From: Octopus vulgaris
Taxonomy: Eukaryota
Assembly: GCA_951406725.2 (NCBI GenBank)
Contig: OX597815.1
Span: forward strand, 248,001-312,000
Direction: 5' to 3'
DNA length: 64,000 nucleotides
Shown here: piece by piece, positions 13,161-26,254 of the stretch
How the letters are laid out: each line of letters opens with the position of its first letter
Position numbering within the stretch: the first letter of the stretch is position 1
The notes under the pieces: model-generated
The model's database searches: none
Told to the model about the DNA's origin: nothing
What the model saw: only the letters and a program-made list of their open reading frames with translations
Translations under genes and position numbers: made by a program

Positions 13161-14489
13161 CATTATTATTATTATCATTATTACCTCTGCCTTTGCTTAG
13201 GTGGAGGTATTGTCCATGCATTCTTTTCTTTACCCACTTATTTTCAGTTTCATTCATTCTCAAGTGCTTCTACAATGCTTTATCTTTGCAATCTTCCATT
13301 ACTCTCATCCTTTCAATATTGGTAAAATATGTATTACTATATTTTATATTTTGGCGGATGAGACTGAGAATAATTCTGCCCACCATCCCTTAATTTGGAC
13401 ACTGATGCCTTGTAGTAAATTTCTTGCATTATGCAGAGAGAGAAGTGTGGACAGTGTAGGGTCTTAGGGATAAATGTCCTCAACTTAACCAGTGTTGGAA
13501 AGCTTAGGAAGGTCATGGAGACAAGCCCTCCCCTCCAGACAAAATTCTTCAAACAAAAAGAAAGAAAAACCCAGTCTTTGTGCTTCAAGAGGTTCCAGCA
13601 GAATTTAGGGTGGATATGATGATAAAAGTTGTTGACAGTAGAAAATGTTAAACTGAAATTCAAAGTGAAAAGAAAAAAAAACCTCAATAACTTAATTTTA
13701 TTGTCAAATGAAATTTATTTCAATTGTAGTTTAACGAAGAAGCACAAGCTGCTGGAAACAACATCTAAATCTTGCTTAAATCACACTACATAGAAATGAA
13801 GGACACATTAGGCAATGTAGTCCTAGATACACAATGTCTGAATAAAAGACAATATGCTAAAATCATGGCTGGAATGTTTTTAATATCAAATCAGATGACC
13901 AAAGGTGAAACAACAACATCTTAATTTCATAGAAGCTTATCAACCTCACCAAAACCTATTGTTGTTCTTGATGATGATGATGATGATGATGACGATGATG
14001 TTTAGTGTCACACCTGATGAAGTAGACCTGTGATTAAAGGATTCCAGCCTGGATCATCTTGTCTTTAGTTGTCTTAAAACGGTACAAGTGCACCAGTATG
14101 GCCACAGCTAACAACAATTTCAAACTTAAATAAAATAAAACAACAAACCCCCCCCCCAAAAAAAAAACCCATTGAATTGAAAATTATAGATAAATTTAAA
14201 CAATTGTTTAATGTTTATCATCTCTAAAATATCAAAGTTTCAACTACAGAATATTAATTAGTGTGGCTAATTACTTTAGCAATCACTGTAATTGGAAGAT
14301 GGATTAATAATTGCTGCTATTAATAATAATGATGTTCACATTGTTTAATTCATTGTTGTTAATTAACAAAAGAACTGGAGTTGCTGTATTTGTGGTTGTT
14401 GTCATGGTGATGGGGGAGGGGTTTATGATGGTTTCAATATTTTAATGGAAGTGATTGTTGTTGCTGTTATCGTTGTTGTTGCTGTTGTA

Positions 14490-14964
14490 TTACATTTTAC
14501 TAGCTTCAGCAGGTGTTGTAGTTGGGGCAACAGCATCCTTATTGTGGTTATTACTGCTGTTGTTGCTAATGTTGCAGTTGCTGCAGGGAAGGTCCTCTTT
14601 ATTGTTGGGGTCTGCAAATTCAACCTTCTTTCGATAGCGAGGGTCTTTTGTATGTTCATCAATATATTGAGAGTGTAATCTCGATTCTTCATTTTGAAGA
14701 TCATGGACCATACCTTGTCTCTCTTCCTCAGAAATGGTTAAAGAACAAATACCTGCAGGCTTGGTTTCAGCTTCTTTCACAGCAGGAATAGTTTCCTCTA
14801 TACAAGGAACAACAGGAGAAGGAGGTGTCTTCAAGCATCGAGGAGGTAAAGCAATTCCTTCAGGTTCTCTGGTGGTTATAAGCCAAAGGTTCTGCTCTTT
14901 CTCAGCTTTATGTTCATCCAGAAGTGTGTGTGCTGTGATTTCATAATCAGCATTATATTCAGTG
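14490..14964 (-). CDS. CFAP161: CFAP161 exon 7 (terminal coding exon, with long C-terminal extension)
   Basis: Acceptor ctctttcAG|C completes the phase-2 codon. It encodes (S)TEYNADYEITAHTLLDEHKAEKEQNLWLITTREP..., matching the CFAP161 C-terminal block (AHTxLDxHxxEKxxNxW). TAA is at 14490-14492. Confidence 0.85.
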
Positions 14965-15362
14965 CTGAAAGAGAGATTTAGTCAACAGAAGGAGTAAACA
15001 TATTACAGCTGCTGCAACAAAACGGAATTATCTAGTCCAGTAAGAATGGCAGCAGCACAGCAGACATTTGAAATGCTATGTTCCTAGTCTCAACATAGTT
15101 TTTATAAGTTCAACATGTCTAATTGTATCAGCACAAACCAACAATTAACTACATTTTGTAAACATGATGCAACTAGTTGACAAAGATTTCTTCTTTATTA
15201 AAACTTGAAACCAAAACTGTAGCTATGGCGGAAAATAGCTGACACAGTTTGATTAGGGATCCTCAGTGACAGCTTTATAACTACAAGGTACCAGATAGAG
15301 AACTGACAGGGATTGTGTAAACGAATGAGAAAGCAGAGTTACATGTGAATGTTATTTGGAAA

Positions 15363-15960
15363 ACATCATCATCAACATTTAACGTCCGTTTTCCATGCTG
15401 GCATGGGTTAGACAGTTTGACTGGAACTGGTAAACCAGAGAGCTGCAGCAGGTTCAAGTTTGATTTGGCATGGTTTCTATGGTTGGATGCCCTTCCTAAT
15501 GCCAACCATTCCAAGAATGTAATGGGTGTAATCTTCAACACCTCGCCCCATGTCTTCCTGGGTTTACCTCTTCCGTAGGTTCCCTCCACAATTAGAGATC
15601 GGTACTTCTTTACACAGCTATCCTCATCCATATGCATCACATGACCACACTAGTGCAGTGGTTTCTCTTACACACCATGGCCAGTTTGTCTCTCAAGATG
15701 CTTACATTCTGTCATATACGCACACTGACATTACACATCCAGTGAAGCATACCAACTTCATTTCTTTCAAGCCTCCACATGTCCTCTGCGATCACAGCCT
15801 GCATTTCACTGCCATGTAGCATGGCCATCTGTACACAGGCATCAAACAATTTGCTTTCCACTCTGAGGGAGAGGCCCTTCGTTACCAACAAAGGTGGCAG
15901 GCTATCCAGATTCTAGTGGCTATGCTCTGGGTATGACTTCCTCATATACAACCTGATTAA
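15363..15960 (-). mobile_element. RTE-clade LINE 3' fragment plus its (GAT)n-tailed 3' UTR
   Basis: MDEDSCVKKYRSLIVEGTYGRGKPRKTW, the RTE C-terminal GRGxPRKTW motif, followed by the common 3' UTR. Confidence 0.75.
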
Positions 15961-16193
15961 CTATACGGGTGACTAGAGCTTAACCCACACCAGATATTTT
16001 AAGCATCTCAGCGGTGATTCCCAATGGGCAGGGGGATTTCCCCATTTTCATATGCTTCATGATTTTATCTCCCATGTTACTGTCTATTTGGATTGCTGAT
16101 CAAAAAGTTTGATTTGGACGTGTAGCAGTGACAGTAGCAATGAGTGAATGAGTGAGTAAAGAAGTGGGAATGAAATTAAGAAAGCTGTTTTAC

Positions 16194-16270
16194 CTGAGCA
16201 AACGAGAAGTGTCTTCAACATTGAGGTTCTGGTTTGTGTAGACATGGTTAATGATCACTATTTTGTTTGC
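16194..16270 (-). CDS. CFAP161: CFAP161 exon 6
   Basis: ttgaAG|GCA...CTC AG|GTaaaa, 77 nt. ANKIVIINHVYTNQNLNVEDTSRLL matches the CFAP161 block ANxKIxINHxxTNxxL. Confidence 0.88.
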
Positions 16271-16449
16271 CTTCAATAGAAAGAAAAACTGAAGTTAATA
16301 CACACATACATGCACATTGCCATATGCATACACACTTATACACTTTTTCATGTGCACAGACACACTCACAAACACACACACACATTACCATATACAGACA
16401 CATGTACTGATAAACTCTGCCGTAAGTAGAAAAAGCAATAATAATTCTT

Positions 16450-16900
16450 TGATTAGAATTGATTGCTGAGTGTGGAGGAAGGGGCAGAGCCCAGAAGAGA
16501 CCTTCCAAGACCAATGAGTTTGATGTTCTTAAAGTTTCAGCAGAAAAGACAGGATCTGGAAGGAAATTCCAGAGTCAATGTTCTGGGGGAAGAAGGACTG
16601 GGTGCAGTTAGGGGTTTGGTGACAACAAGCATGACAGGGAGAGGAGAGATGGGTGGTTTCAGAAGAGCCAAGGAGAGGAGGTATGAGACAAGACAGCTGT
16701 AAGGGACAGAGGTGATTCTAGTAATGGGAGACAGAACAGTAGTAGGTTCAGTGGGCTAAAGATTAGGGGTCAATCTGTTAGTGATTTAATGCCAGTCAGT
16801 TGAGTGACCTTTCCTCGGAGGTAGTCCACATTTAAATATGACTAGAATATTTCAGCCCTTCTGGGCTGTGTTGGTGTTATTCACCATTGAAATTCTCAGC
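16450..16900 (-). mobile_element. Decayed L2/CR1-like LINE 3' fragment
   Basis: The minus strand gives ...TQSFFPRTL..., typical of L2/CR1-group RT C-termini. Heavily decayed. Confidence 0.35.
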
Positions 16901-18290
16901 TGGGTTCAGGCAGTTTGGTATCAAAAGGGTTGTTTTAAAGTGGATTCTTCCCACTGGTGTGATATGTGACTGCCATTGTTCTGTAGTTGCTGTTTACGCT
17001 GGTAGCTACAATAGTTACTAGTCATCAGATACTGTTGTATCTCTTTGTACCGGAATAGTAATACACTAACTTCTATCTTACTATCACTCACTGATCCACA
17101 AGACACCAACTAGAACTGTCAACTCTCAACCTTCTCTTGACAATGGCTACTGGTCTATTTATAATGGCTGTCTCCTACCACATTTTGTCAGAAGTGTGTA
17201 TACAGTTGCACTATACAACTAGGGTTAATAACTATTGATCTTTTCTAGTTTATTACCTTTCACATGATTTGGGGATCTTGGTTAAAAGGTATATTGTTCC
17301 ACTAGTTTACATTCAGTTTGTTTTTTTTTTTTTGTATGTTTTCATGTTTGGATAGTATTATAAAGTGTGAAAAAGTACATCTGTTGATCAATGTTCATTA
17401 ATTAATTTATAAGTTTGAAGTGCTAGGGTTGTTATTCCTTGGGTTTGTTATTTTCCATGTTATGTATCAGTGGTACAGTAAGTTTTGTTCAATATATTTA
17501 GTTTGCTAATTCTATTTTATAGATTTTGAGGTAACATTGTCCTTTGATGGAGGCGGGGGATAATTTCTTTTATTTTTTTTTATAAATAGACAATTTTAAT
17601 TTCTAGCTTCATAGCTGTAAGTCAACACAATTTGATGTTAGTATTTATAATTGTAAACAGGAGTAAACATAATGGACATCCTGCACTAATGTGTAGCTTC
17701 TGTTACTAGTCTAGTGATTCCCAGGCAGCATTTAAGTTAACACTGAGTGACTGGTGCTTCTCAGGTGTCAAAAACCATAGTGATATCCATCAGGCTGCTG
17801 ATGATGGGAATATCTGTTTGCTATGTTTGTTTCTGAATCTTTTATATCTTGCAGTTTCATTATTCTGAGTTGTCCTTCATTCTTATGAAGTTGAAACTGC
17901 TAAATAATATAATGACATTATTTACAAAGCCCATTTGAGCATGGGAAATTTGCCTTGTTGTTGACATATTCATCAAATGGTGAAAATTCATCCCCTTGTT
18001 GCAAATTTATCTCAAAAGTGGGGATTGTGCTTCAAATGAAAATATCTGAAGACAGGAATGAACACCAGACTTGCTGCATGAATGGCATAACTTTGCATTG
18101 AATACAAAATAAATTAGATTCATTCACCAAACGATTAAAATAATTATTTATTCACTCTGTGAGGATCATAAAATGCCTATTTGGTACACACATATCAGAT
18201 TGGCAAAGAGCTTCTTTTATAATTGACCAAAGTATAACTACTCATCCTTCGGTTATTTGGATTATACTTAACTATTAACTTGTGTGTGCA

Positions 18291-18324
<34 letters not shown>

Positions 18325-18369
18325 TGTGTGTATGTGTGTGTGTGTATATATACATACATATATACATAT

Positions 18370-18785
18370 GCAGTGGTAAGTAGCTTGCTAACCAACCACA
18401 TGGTTCCGGGTTCAGTCCCACTGCGTGGCATCTTGGGCAAGTGTCTTCTGCTATAGCCCCAGGCCGACCAATGCCTTGTGAGTGGATTTGGTAGACGGAA
18501 ACTGAAAGAAGCCTGTCGTATATATGTATATATATATGTGTGTATGTGTATGTGTGTGTGTTTGTGTGTTTGTCCCCCTAGCATTGCTTGACAACCGATG
18601 CTGGTGAGTTTATGTCCCCGTCACTTAGCGGTTCGGCAAAAAGAGACCGATAGAATAAGTACTGGGCTTACAAAAAGAATAAGTCCCGGGGTTGAGTTGC
18701 TCGACTAAAGGCGGTGCTCCAGCATGGCCACAGTCAAATGACCGAAACAAGTAAAAGAGTAAAAGAGAAAAAGAGTAAAAGAGAG
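18370..18785 (+). mobile_element. tRNA-derived SINE with internal (TA/TG)n and (AAAGAG)n tail; relatives at ~18865-19050, 25100-25380, 44850-45230(-), 58540-58700(-)
   Basis: A/B-box-like GTGGTAAG...GGTTCAGTCCC head, then CTTGGGCAAGTGTC and GAGTGGATTTGGTAGACGGAAACTGAAAGAAG, which recur across the window. Confidence 0.8.
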
Positions 18786-19682
18786 TTCCATACATGTATA
18801 TAACTATTATGAAATTATTACTTTTATGATATTATTAATATTAATTAATACTAATTTTTTGGTGCAGGTGTGACTATGTGGATGGCACAGACATAGCTGG
18901 GTGGTAAGAAACTCACTTTCCAATCACATGGTTCCTAGTTCAGTATTACTGCATGGTATCTTGGGCAAGCATCTTCTACTATAGCCTTGGTCTTCCACTA
19001 TAACCTTTTGAGTGGATTTGGTAGACGGAAACTGAAAGAAACCTCTGTGTATGCATGCATGTGAGTATATATTCATTTGTATTGTCTTCAGACCTTAATT
19101 TACCATTGATATCAATTGCCGTTCTGTTGAATGTCAGATAGCAAGTGACAAAAATTAATTTTCTATAAAGATACCAATTAGTATTGTTAGTCGTGTGCTG
19201 ACGATTTGGAATTGTTTAATAAGTGATAGAATTAAAATGTTACTTTTGAAGTTTATCTGGAAACAAGTGTCTCTTGTAGCAATTGAAGTGAGAAACATTA
19301 AGAGGGCAGGGCCTTGTTCCCTCTTTTAGGATTTTCACAGAAAAGTTGGTTTCCCAGAAGTTAAAACAAACAAATAAATAAATAACGAATAGCTAAGAGC
19401 AGGATTATCATCAATTTGCTCCGTGGATTTTGTTCCTACTTTCAGGAGACTAAATATTGGTACAAGGCCGGAAATTTTGGGGGTAGGGGGTAAGTAGATT
19501 ACAGTAAGTAGACCCCAGTACTCAACTGGTACTTATTTTACTAACCCCAAAAGATGAAAGATAAAGTTGACCTCAGAAGAATTTGAACCGAGAATGCAAA
19601 GATGGATGAAATGCTACTAAGCATGTTTCCTGGTGTGCTAACGATTCTGCCAGCCTGCTGCCTTGATAACGACGACGACGAC

Positions 19683-19719
<37 letters not shown>

Positions 19720-21479
19720 GCAGTGGTGGCAACAGCAACAACAACAGTGACGACAAGTTTATTATACACAGTGTTCAGGTACATTTGAACTCACTGGAAA
19801 ATGTAGAAGAGGAGACATAGAAGTAAAGAAAGACAGCAACGGAAATTATTAGAGTGAATCAAGAGGAGACAGAATAAGATACAAAAGCAAAAAAAAAAAA
19901 GAAACCAGGAAAGAGTCAGGAAGAGGAACGGGTGCCATGTCTGGATTGTGCAGGTGAATTTCAGGAAACATGGAATTTTTGAAGGCTACAATGTCCTGAC
20001 AGCAAAAAACCAACACATTTTTTTTTAACAATTCTGAGCATGAAAAGTGTTTCTGAAAGTCATGGATGTTGCTTTGTTTTCTGTTTTTATAAGCATGGAT
20101 GGTGGAGGAGTTGACCACAAAAGTAGCCAAAGCTGTTGTTGGAAAGATGCTGGGGAATCTTGTGGGTTTCTACCAATTTAGCTGCGAGATGGGGAAATTT
20201 TAGTGTGTCAATGCTCAAAGAAGCTATACATTCAAGATTTGGTAAGTGACTGCTAAACACCTTTCAAACTCCCTACAACTGTCAGTAAAATATAAAAGTT
20301 CATTTTGATCCTTCTTTTATCTGTTTTGATTTTTCGCGTACAACTGTTGTTAACAATGACAAAGAAATATTGATTATTTCGTTAAGGAAACAATTCTGTA
20401 AAAATAGAAACAGACTCTACCACCCCATACCTCTCTATTGACTAATCAGGTTGACTCAACCTGCTAGAAATAGCTGCTGAATCTTCCTCAAATCACATGC
20501 TACAATGTAAAAAAAAAAACCGAAGGAAACACTGGATAATCCTAGATATAAAGTCTGAGGGAAACGTCAAGGATGGAATGCCTTTGACCATTAGTCTGCC
20601 TGATTAAGCTGATCTGGAGCAAAACAACAACTAGATATGAAATGGTCAAATAGAGAAGATATTGGATTCTCAACTCTTAGACATAAGTTCCTCTCTCCTG
20701 AAAACCTATTGTTTGGGTTCTGTGGAAACTAATTAAATTGATGGATTTTAGTTAGTCTAGTAATTAAATGGTTGTACATAGGTCAAGTGTTTTCTACTAT
20801 AAACTTGGCTGACCAAAGCCTTGTCAGTGAATTTGGTAGACAAAAACTAAAAAAAAAGGTGTTCAGTGTGTGTTTGTCCCCGTGTCCTTGTCTTGACATC
20901 AGATGATGGTTGTTAACAAACATCACTGCCATACAATTGGTGACATTTGTCTGTGATCTTCCCTGAGAGTATGTCTGGTCATTGCGTGCTGTCGATGTCT
21001 GAAGGATTAGAACACATGAAAGTTGGCAGTAGGAAGAGTATCCAACCCCAGAGGATCTGCCTCAATGAATTCTTTTAGGCTCAATCAAGCATGGAAAAGT
21101 ACATGTGAAAATAACAACAATGAAGATGATGATAATAGAGCACTCCAATAGAATTGTGTCTATCCTAAAGACAATGTCCATCTTTGTAAACCCCTTATGC
21201 CACGTAAAAAGCTCCATCCGATCATGGTCAATGCCAGCTCCCTCTGGCCCCTGTGCTGGTGGCACATAAAAAGCACCCACTACACTCTCGGAGTAGTTGG
21301 TGTTAGGAAGGACATCCAACTGTAGAAACACTACCGAATCAGACTGGAGCCTGGTGCGGCCTCCTGGCTTCCCAGACCCCAGTCGAACCATCCAACCTAT
21401 GCCAGCTTGTTGTTCCTACACCTGTCTTCATCTTTGTTTTTTTTATAAATTTGAACTATACACACACATATATATAGAA

Positions 21480-22560
21480 TCAAAGTGCCTTAGAGCTAAT
21501 TTAACAAAAACCAAAGTGTTAGTAAGTAGGAAAGAGGACTAATCACAAATCCTTTCAGGTAGATGGCCCTGCTCAATATGTAGAAAAAGTGTAGGTAGAA
21601 ACTCCATGAGACATACCTGGTGCAAGCTATGGATACATAAGAGGTGTAGCAACATCAGAGGAAGGTTAACTGGGAAAATAGTTTTTATGTGTAGAAAGTG
21701 TACAAGTACAATTGACACTAAAAATGTACAGAAAATAGACTCCATCAAATCTAGCGGGGATACCTAGAAGTAGTTGATAGCTTCCGTTATCTCAGTGACC
21801 AAGTCAGCAATGGGGGCAGATGCTTTGAGAGCAGCTAGAATAAGAATAGGCTGGGCAAAGTTCAAAGAGTTCCCACCTCTGTTGGTAACAAAAAAAGCTC
21901 CTCTCTCAGAGTGAAAGGCAGACTGTAAGATGTCTTTGTGTAAACAGTTACCCTATACGGCAGTTAAACATGGGCTGTGGCCACTGAGGACATGTGTAGG
22001 CTTGAAAGAAATGAAGCTAGTATGCTTTGCTGGATGTGCAATGTCAGTGTGCATGGATGACAGAGTGTGAGCATCTTGAGAGCAATGTTGGACATAAGCG
22101 GCATCAGATGTGGTGTGCAAGAGAGATGACTGTGCTGGTATGGTCATGTGATACATATGGACAAGGACAGCTGTGTAAAGAAGAGCCAATCTCTAACTGT
22201 GGAGGGAACCTGTGGGCAGAGGTAGACCCAGGAAGATATGAGATGAGGTGGTGAAGCATGATCTTCGAATTTTGGACCTCATGGAGGTGATAACAAGTGT
22301 TTGGGACCTTTGGTGATTTACTGTGCTTGAGAAGACTCATCAATCCAAGTAAAATTGTTCTGGCCGTGTAACTGGCATCCATGCTGGTGGTACATAAAAG
22401 CACCCACTCTTGGAGTGGTTGGCACTAGGAAAGGCATCCAGTCATAGAAACCATGCCAAATTAGACTGAAACTTGGTGCAGCTTTCCAGCTTACCAGTTC
22501 CAGTCGAACTGTCTAATCCATACTAGCATGGAAAGTAAACGTTAAATGATGATGATGATC
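21480..22560 (+). mobile_element. RTE-clade LINE 3' fragment (RT C-terminus with Cys-rich insert) and 3' UTR
   Basis: LRANLTKTKVL and WPCSICRK..GRNS...WIHKRCS, an RTE C-terminal region, and a (GAT)n tail. Confidence 0.8.
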
Positions 22561-24149
22561 ATTATCGTCATTATCATTTAGCATCTGCTTTCCATGCTAG
22601 CATGGGTCAGCTGGAGTTTATTGAAGCAGATTTCCTAAAGCCAGATGCTCTTCCTGTCACTAACCCTTACCTGTTTTCCAGCCAAAGTAATATTTCCCCA
22701 TGACTAGACATGTTTGTGAAGAATATTAGAAATGAATGATACTGCTTATATAACAGTGACAATCACTTTATATCTCTCTCTCTCTCACACACACACATGA
22801 TAAGCTTCCTTCATCAACCAAATCCACTCATAAGGCATTGGTTGGCCTGGGATATGGTAGAAGAGACTCAAGTGAGGTGTCATGTGGTAGGACTGAGCCA
22901 AGAGCCATGTGGTATTAAAGTAAGCTTCTCGCCACATAGCCACGCTTGTGCCTATGAACGTGTGTGTGTGTGTACATCAGAACAGTGTATGTGAGTTATT
23001 TGCCAGATAGACTGGCATCTCATCCAGTGGCTCATGTGTCTCTCATTGGTATATCGTCAATAAATTTGAATTGAAAATAATCTCCATGAGTCACCACACA
23101 CAGGTAGACCATTGGATATACCTGTATCTCTCTCAATAGATTGATATCTACTTTATCCACCCTACAAGTTTATAATCAATGCATTCCCTGGCATGGTTAG
23201 AGCTCAAGATAGTGAGAGAACAAACTCTTTGACTCATCTCTCTACCACCTGTACCATTTGTACAGTGGGACATAAAACATTTCTCCCAGAAAATATACAT
23301 TTATAACATCTACAAATGATTGTATGAGTGACTGAGACCGAGTGTGTGTGTATGTAGAAGGGATTGTCTGGGGTTTCCGTACCCACGACTTGTTAATATC
23401 ATCATCATCAGAGTGAAAGGATATAAAACCTCAAGGCTCTTTCACATTCTTCACACTCAATTCACTTTCATACCAACACACGTGAATCAGCTTTCTCTCC
23501 TTTCATTAGATTACTGGCTGGAGCACAAACCTCCAATCTCTCTCAACATATATGACGGTGATGATGATGGTGATGGTGACTATTTACATATTTAGAGATT
23601 ATGAAAGAGTTATGTTAGCCAGGTCACAGTAAGTAGTACAACTCTGATCCATCCATTCATCTATCCACCCATCCATCCATAATTTTATATATATATATAT
23701 ATATATCAACCAACTCACCATTTACTCATCAGTCTTGGAGGCCCTAAAAGGAAATAAAGGGCTGTAACTATCACTCACCCTCTCTAAAGGAACAGGGAAG
23801 GATGTTCTGTGTATAATGAAGAACTGGTGGAAATAATTCACTGACTGTGTATCTCTTTCTTGAAAGGTACCCTACTTGGGTCCTCTGCAATTTTAGGGAA
23901 GCAGGAAGCTTAAGGAACAGAATGGAAGCCCAGACTTTCATCCCTTTTCTCAATGACATTGGTCACCTGACATAGGCTGTTGTTTTGTTGTCATTTAACC
24001 TGAGGTGTCATCCTTGATTAAAGGTATTCAAGCTGTGACCATCCTGTCTTTGACTATGTCGTGTTAATTAAAAGGATTATATTTTTAACAGAAGGGTGAA
24101 TAATTGTTTTAGTTATTCTTCATATAATTATGACACGTTTTAGCACCCG

Positions 24150-24560
24150 TGCCAGTGACACATTTGAGCACCTATGCCGGTGACACATAGAAGTACCCCT
24201 GTTGGTGGCACATAAAAGGCATCCACTACACTCTCAGAGTGGTTGGCATTAGGAAGGGCCAACACCAAAATCAGACTGGAACCCGGTGCAGCTTTCCCAG
24301 TTCCAGTCAAACCGTCCAACTTATGCCAGCATGGAAAGCAGATGCTAAATGATGATGACAACGATGATAATGATACACGTAAAAAGCACCCACTACACTC
24401 ACGGAGTGGTTGGCATTAGGAAGGGCATCCAGCTGTAGAAACATTGCCAGATAAGACCGAAGCCTGGTGCAGCCTTCTAGCTTCCCAGATCCCCGGTCGA
24501 ACCGTCCAACCCATGCTAGCATGGAGAACGGACGTTAAACGATGATGATGATGATGATGA
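24150..24560 (+). mobile_element. Two tandem copies of the abundant RTE-3'UTR/(GAT)n-tailed repeat; other copies at ~21200-21410, 31820-32120, 37148-37450(-), 38566-38740(-), 45965-46140, 48975-49400(-), 49790-50140, 56850-58000(-), 60165-60400(-), 61680-62195
   Basis: Recurrent AAAAGCACCCACTACACTCTCGGAGTGGTTGGCGTTAGGAAGGGCATCCAGCTGTAGAAAC...GCATGGAAAGCGGACGTTAAA(TGA)n. In several copies it is contiguous with RTE coding remnants. Confidence 0.85.
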
Positions 24561-24701
24561 TACACAGATACAGATATATATATCTACATATATGTATACA
24601 TACGTATATATATGTGTGTGTGTGTGCATGTGTGTGTGTATATGTGTGTGTGTATGTTTCTCTTTTTCATGAATGATGATGAAAGTATAATTGCTACTTA
24701 C

Positions 24702-24860
24702 ACAAACAGGATGGTAGTCATGTTCAAGTCTGAGTAATTGGTTAAAATAAAGAACTCGCCACTTGGCCAAATACATTGTTTGATCACTGAGGAAGACTTG
24801 TTGGTGGCGGGCACGTTGGGAACATTTGGAGAAATCAAATCGGTCACTTTGTAAATACAG
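24702..24860 (-). CDS. CFAP161: CFAP161 exon 5
   Basis: attcAG|CTG...TGT|GTaagt, 159 nt. LYLQSDRFDFSKCSQRARHQQVFLSDQTMYLAKWRVLYFNQLLRLEHDYHPVC matches the CFAP161 block LYLxSD...QxVxL...W...LRLExExxPV. Confidence 0.9.
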
Positions 24861-25401
24861 CTGAATATAATAAACAGGACAAGTTGAAGCAAACATTTAG
24901 CATAAAATAACATCCTAAAATACTCCTTTCCACAACAGAACAATGGAACACTGGTAATTTGATTAATTCTAATAAACTACTGGTACCAACTGGATTGCTT
25001 TCAGAAAAAAAAAATGTTAAATTCAGCCTTAATAAGATATACTCACAGAATGGAGAAAGATTTAAGACAAAATATATATATATATATATATTCACACTGG
25101 CACAGGCATGGCTGTGTGGCAAGAAGCATTGAGAGTAGATTTGGTAGATGGAATCTGAAAGAAGCCTGCTGTATGTATGTGTGTGTGTGTTTGTCTGTGT
25201 TTGTCCCCCACCACTACTACTTGGAAACTGGTATTGGTGTGTTTATGTCCCTGTAACTTTGCAGTTCAGCAAAAGAGACTGATAAAATAAGTACCAGGCT
25301 TAAAGAAATTAATTTATTTGTCTAAAATTCTTCAAAGCAGTTTCCCCAGCATAACTGAAACAAGTAACAGATAAAAGACCAAAAGACTGTATGAAACTCA
25401 C

Positions 25402-25483
25402 GTGTCCACCAATTTGGTCTGGAATTCTGAGATAAAATGTTTGGTTGTAGTGTAACATCTGACCATCATCACTTTCGTTGCCA
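25402..25483 (-). CDS. CFAP161: CFAP161 exon 4
   Basis: ttttAG|T...CAC|GTgagt, 82 nt, phase 2 to 0. (S)GNESDDGQMLHYNQTFYLRIPDQIGGH matches the CFAP161 block GQxLxYxQxFxL. Confidence 0.87.
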
Positions 25484-26209
25484 CTAAAAATTTGGTTTCA
25501 AAAGATTACGTTTTGTTTCTTTCATTTACAACATTGCTTGAGACAAGCAAAATAATTATTTTATGAGAGAAAGAAAAAAAAAAATAGAATGGTTGCAGTG
25601 AGAAAGAAAAGGAAAGAATTTAATGAAAACTGAATGAAAATTAATTGCATTAAATGAAGTCCAACAGGTTTGATTTGAAACCTCAGTCTAGTTTTACTAG
25701 AGTAAAAGGTTAATATCATTGTACCACTGGGGAATACAGGCACCCACCCACTACTTATATATAAAGGCAAAGTGGGATCAACTGAGCTGCTACTTGAACC
25801 CCCAAAACTTTCTGACATAATTTTTTCTCATTTAAGAATCTACCACTGAATCACCACAACAAATGGCTATCCACAGTTTTGCTCTGTGTATAATCAGGGA
25901 AATATACACAATTAAATGTAGGGAACTTCTATGCAATTAGCTGACTGGCCAGAAATAGTGGCTTATTATCCTTTAAATTACTCTTTATCAACCCTATAAT
26001 AATTATGACCACCACCACCAATAATAATGATGATGATGATGGTTGCTCCTGTCGGATTCAACATATGAATGTTTGAAGGAGAGGACTTAAAGAGAATGAT
26101 AGAAAAAAAAACAAAAAAAACAGAAGAATCTGCATCTACTTGTGATGGATGTGTGAATGTAATTTGAGTCCAGGTACGGATTTTGCAGAACTACTGTGAT
26201 TGTAGGCCA

Positions 26210-26244
<35 letters not shown>

Positions 26245-26254
<10 letters not shown>

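Noticed and set aside
16930-17860. Possible decayed Penelope-like element with CTGATGA at ~17798
   Set aside because: No convincing GIY-YIG/RT motifs and no GAAA or stem III. Too decayed to call.
18370-18430. tRNA gene
   Set aside because: A/B-box-like head of a multi-copy SINE with no complete cloverleaf.
25561-25818. 85-aa minus-strand ORF as an extra CFAP161 exon
   Set aside because: No similarity to CFAP161, and exons 3-4-5 already join in phase without it.
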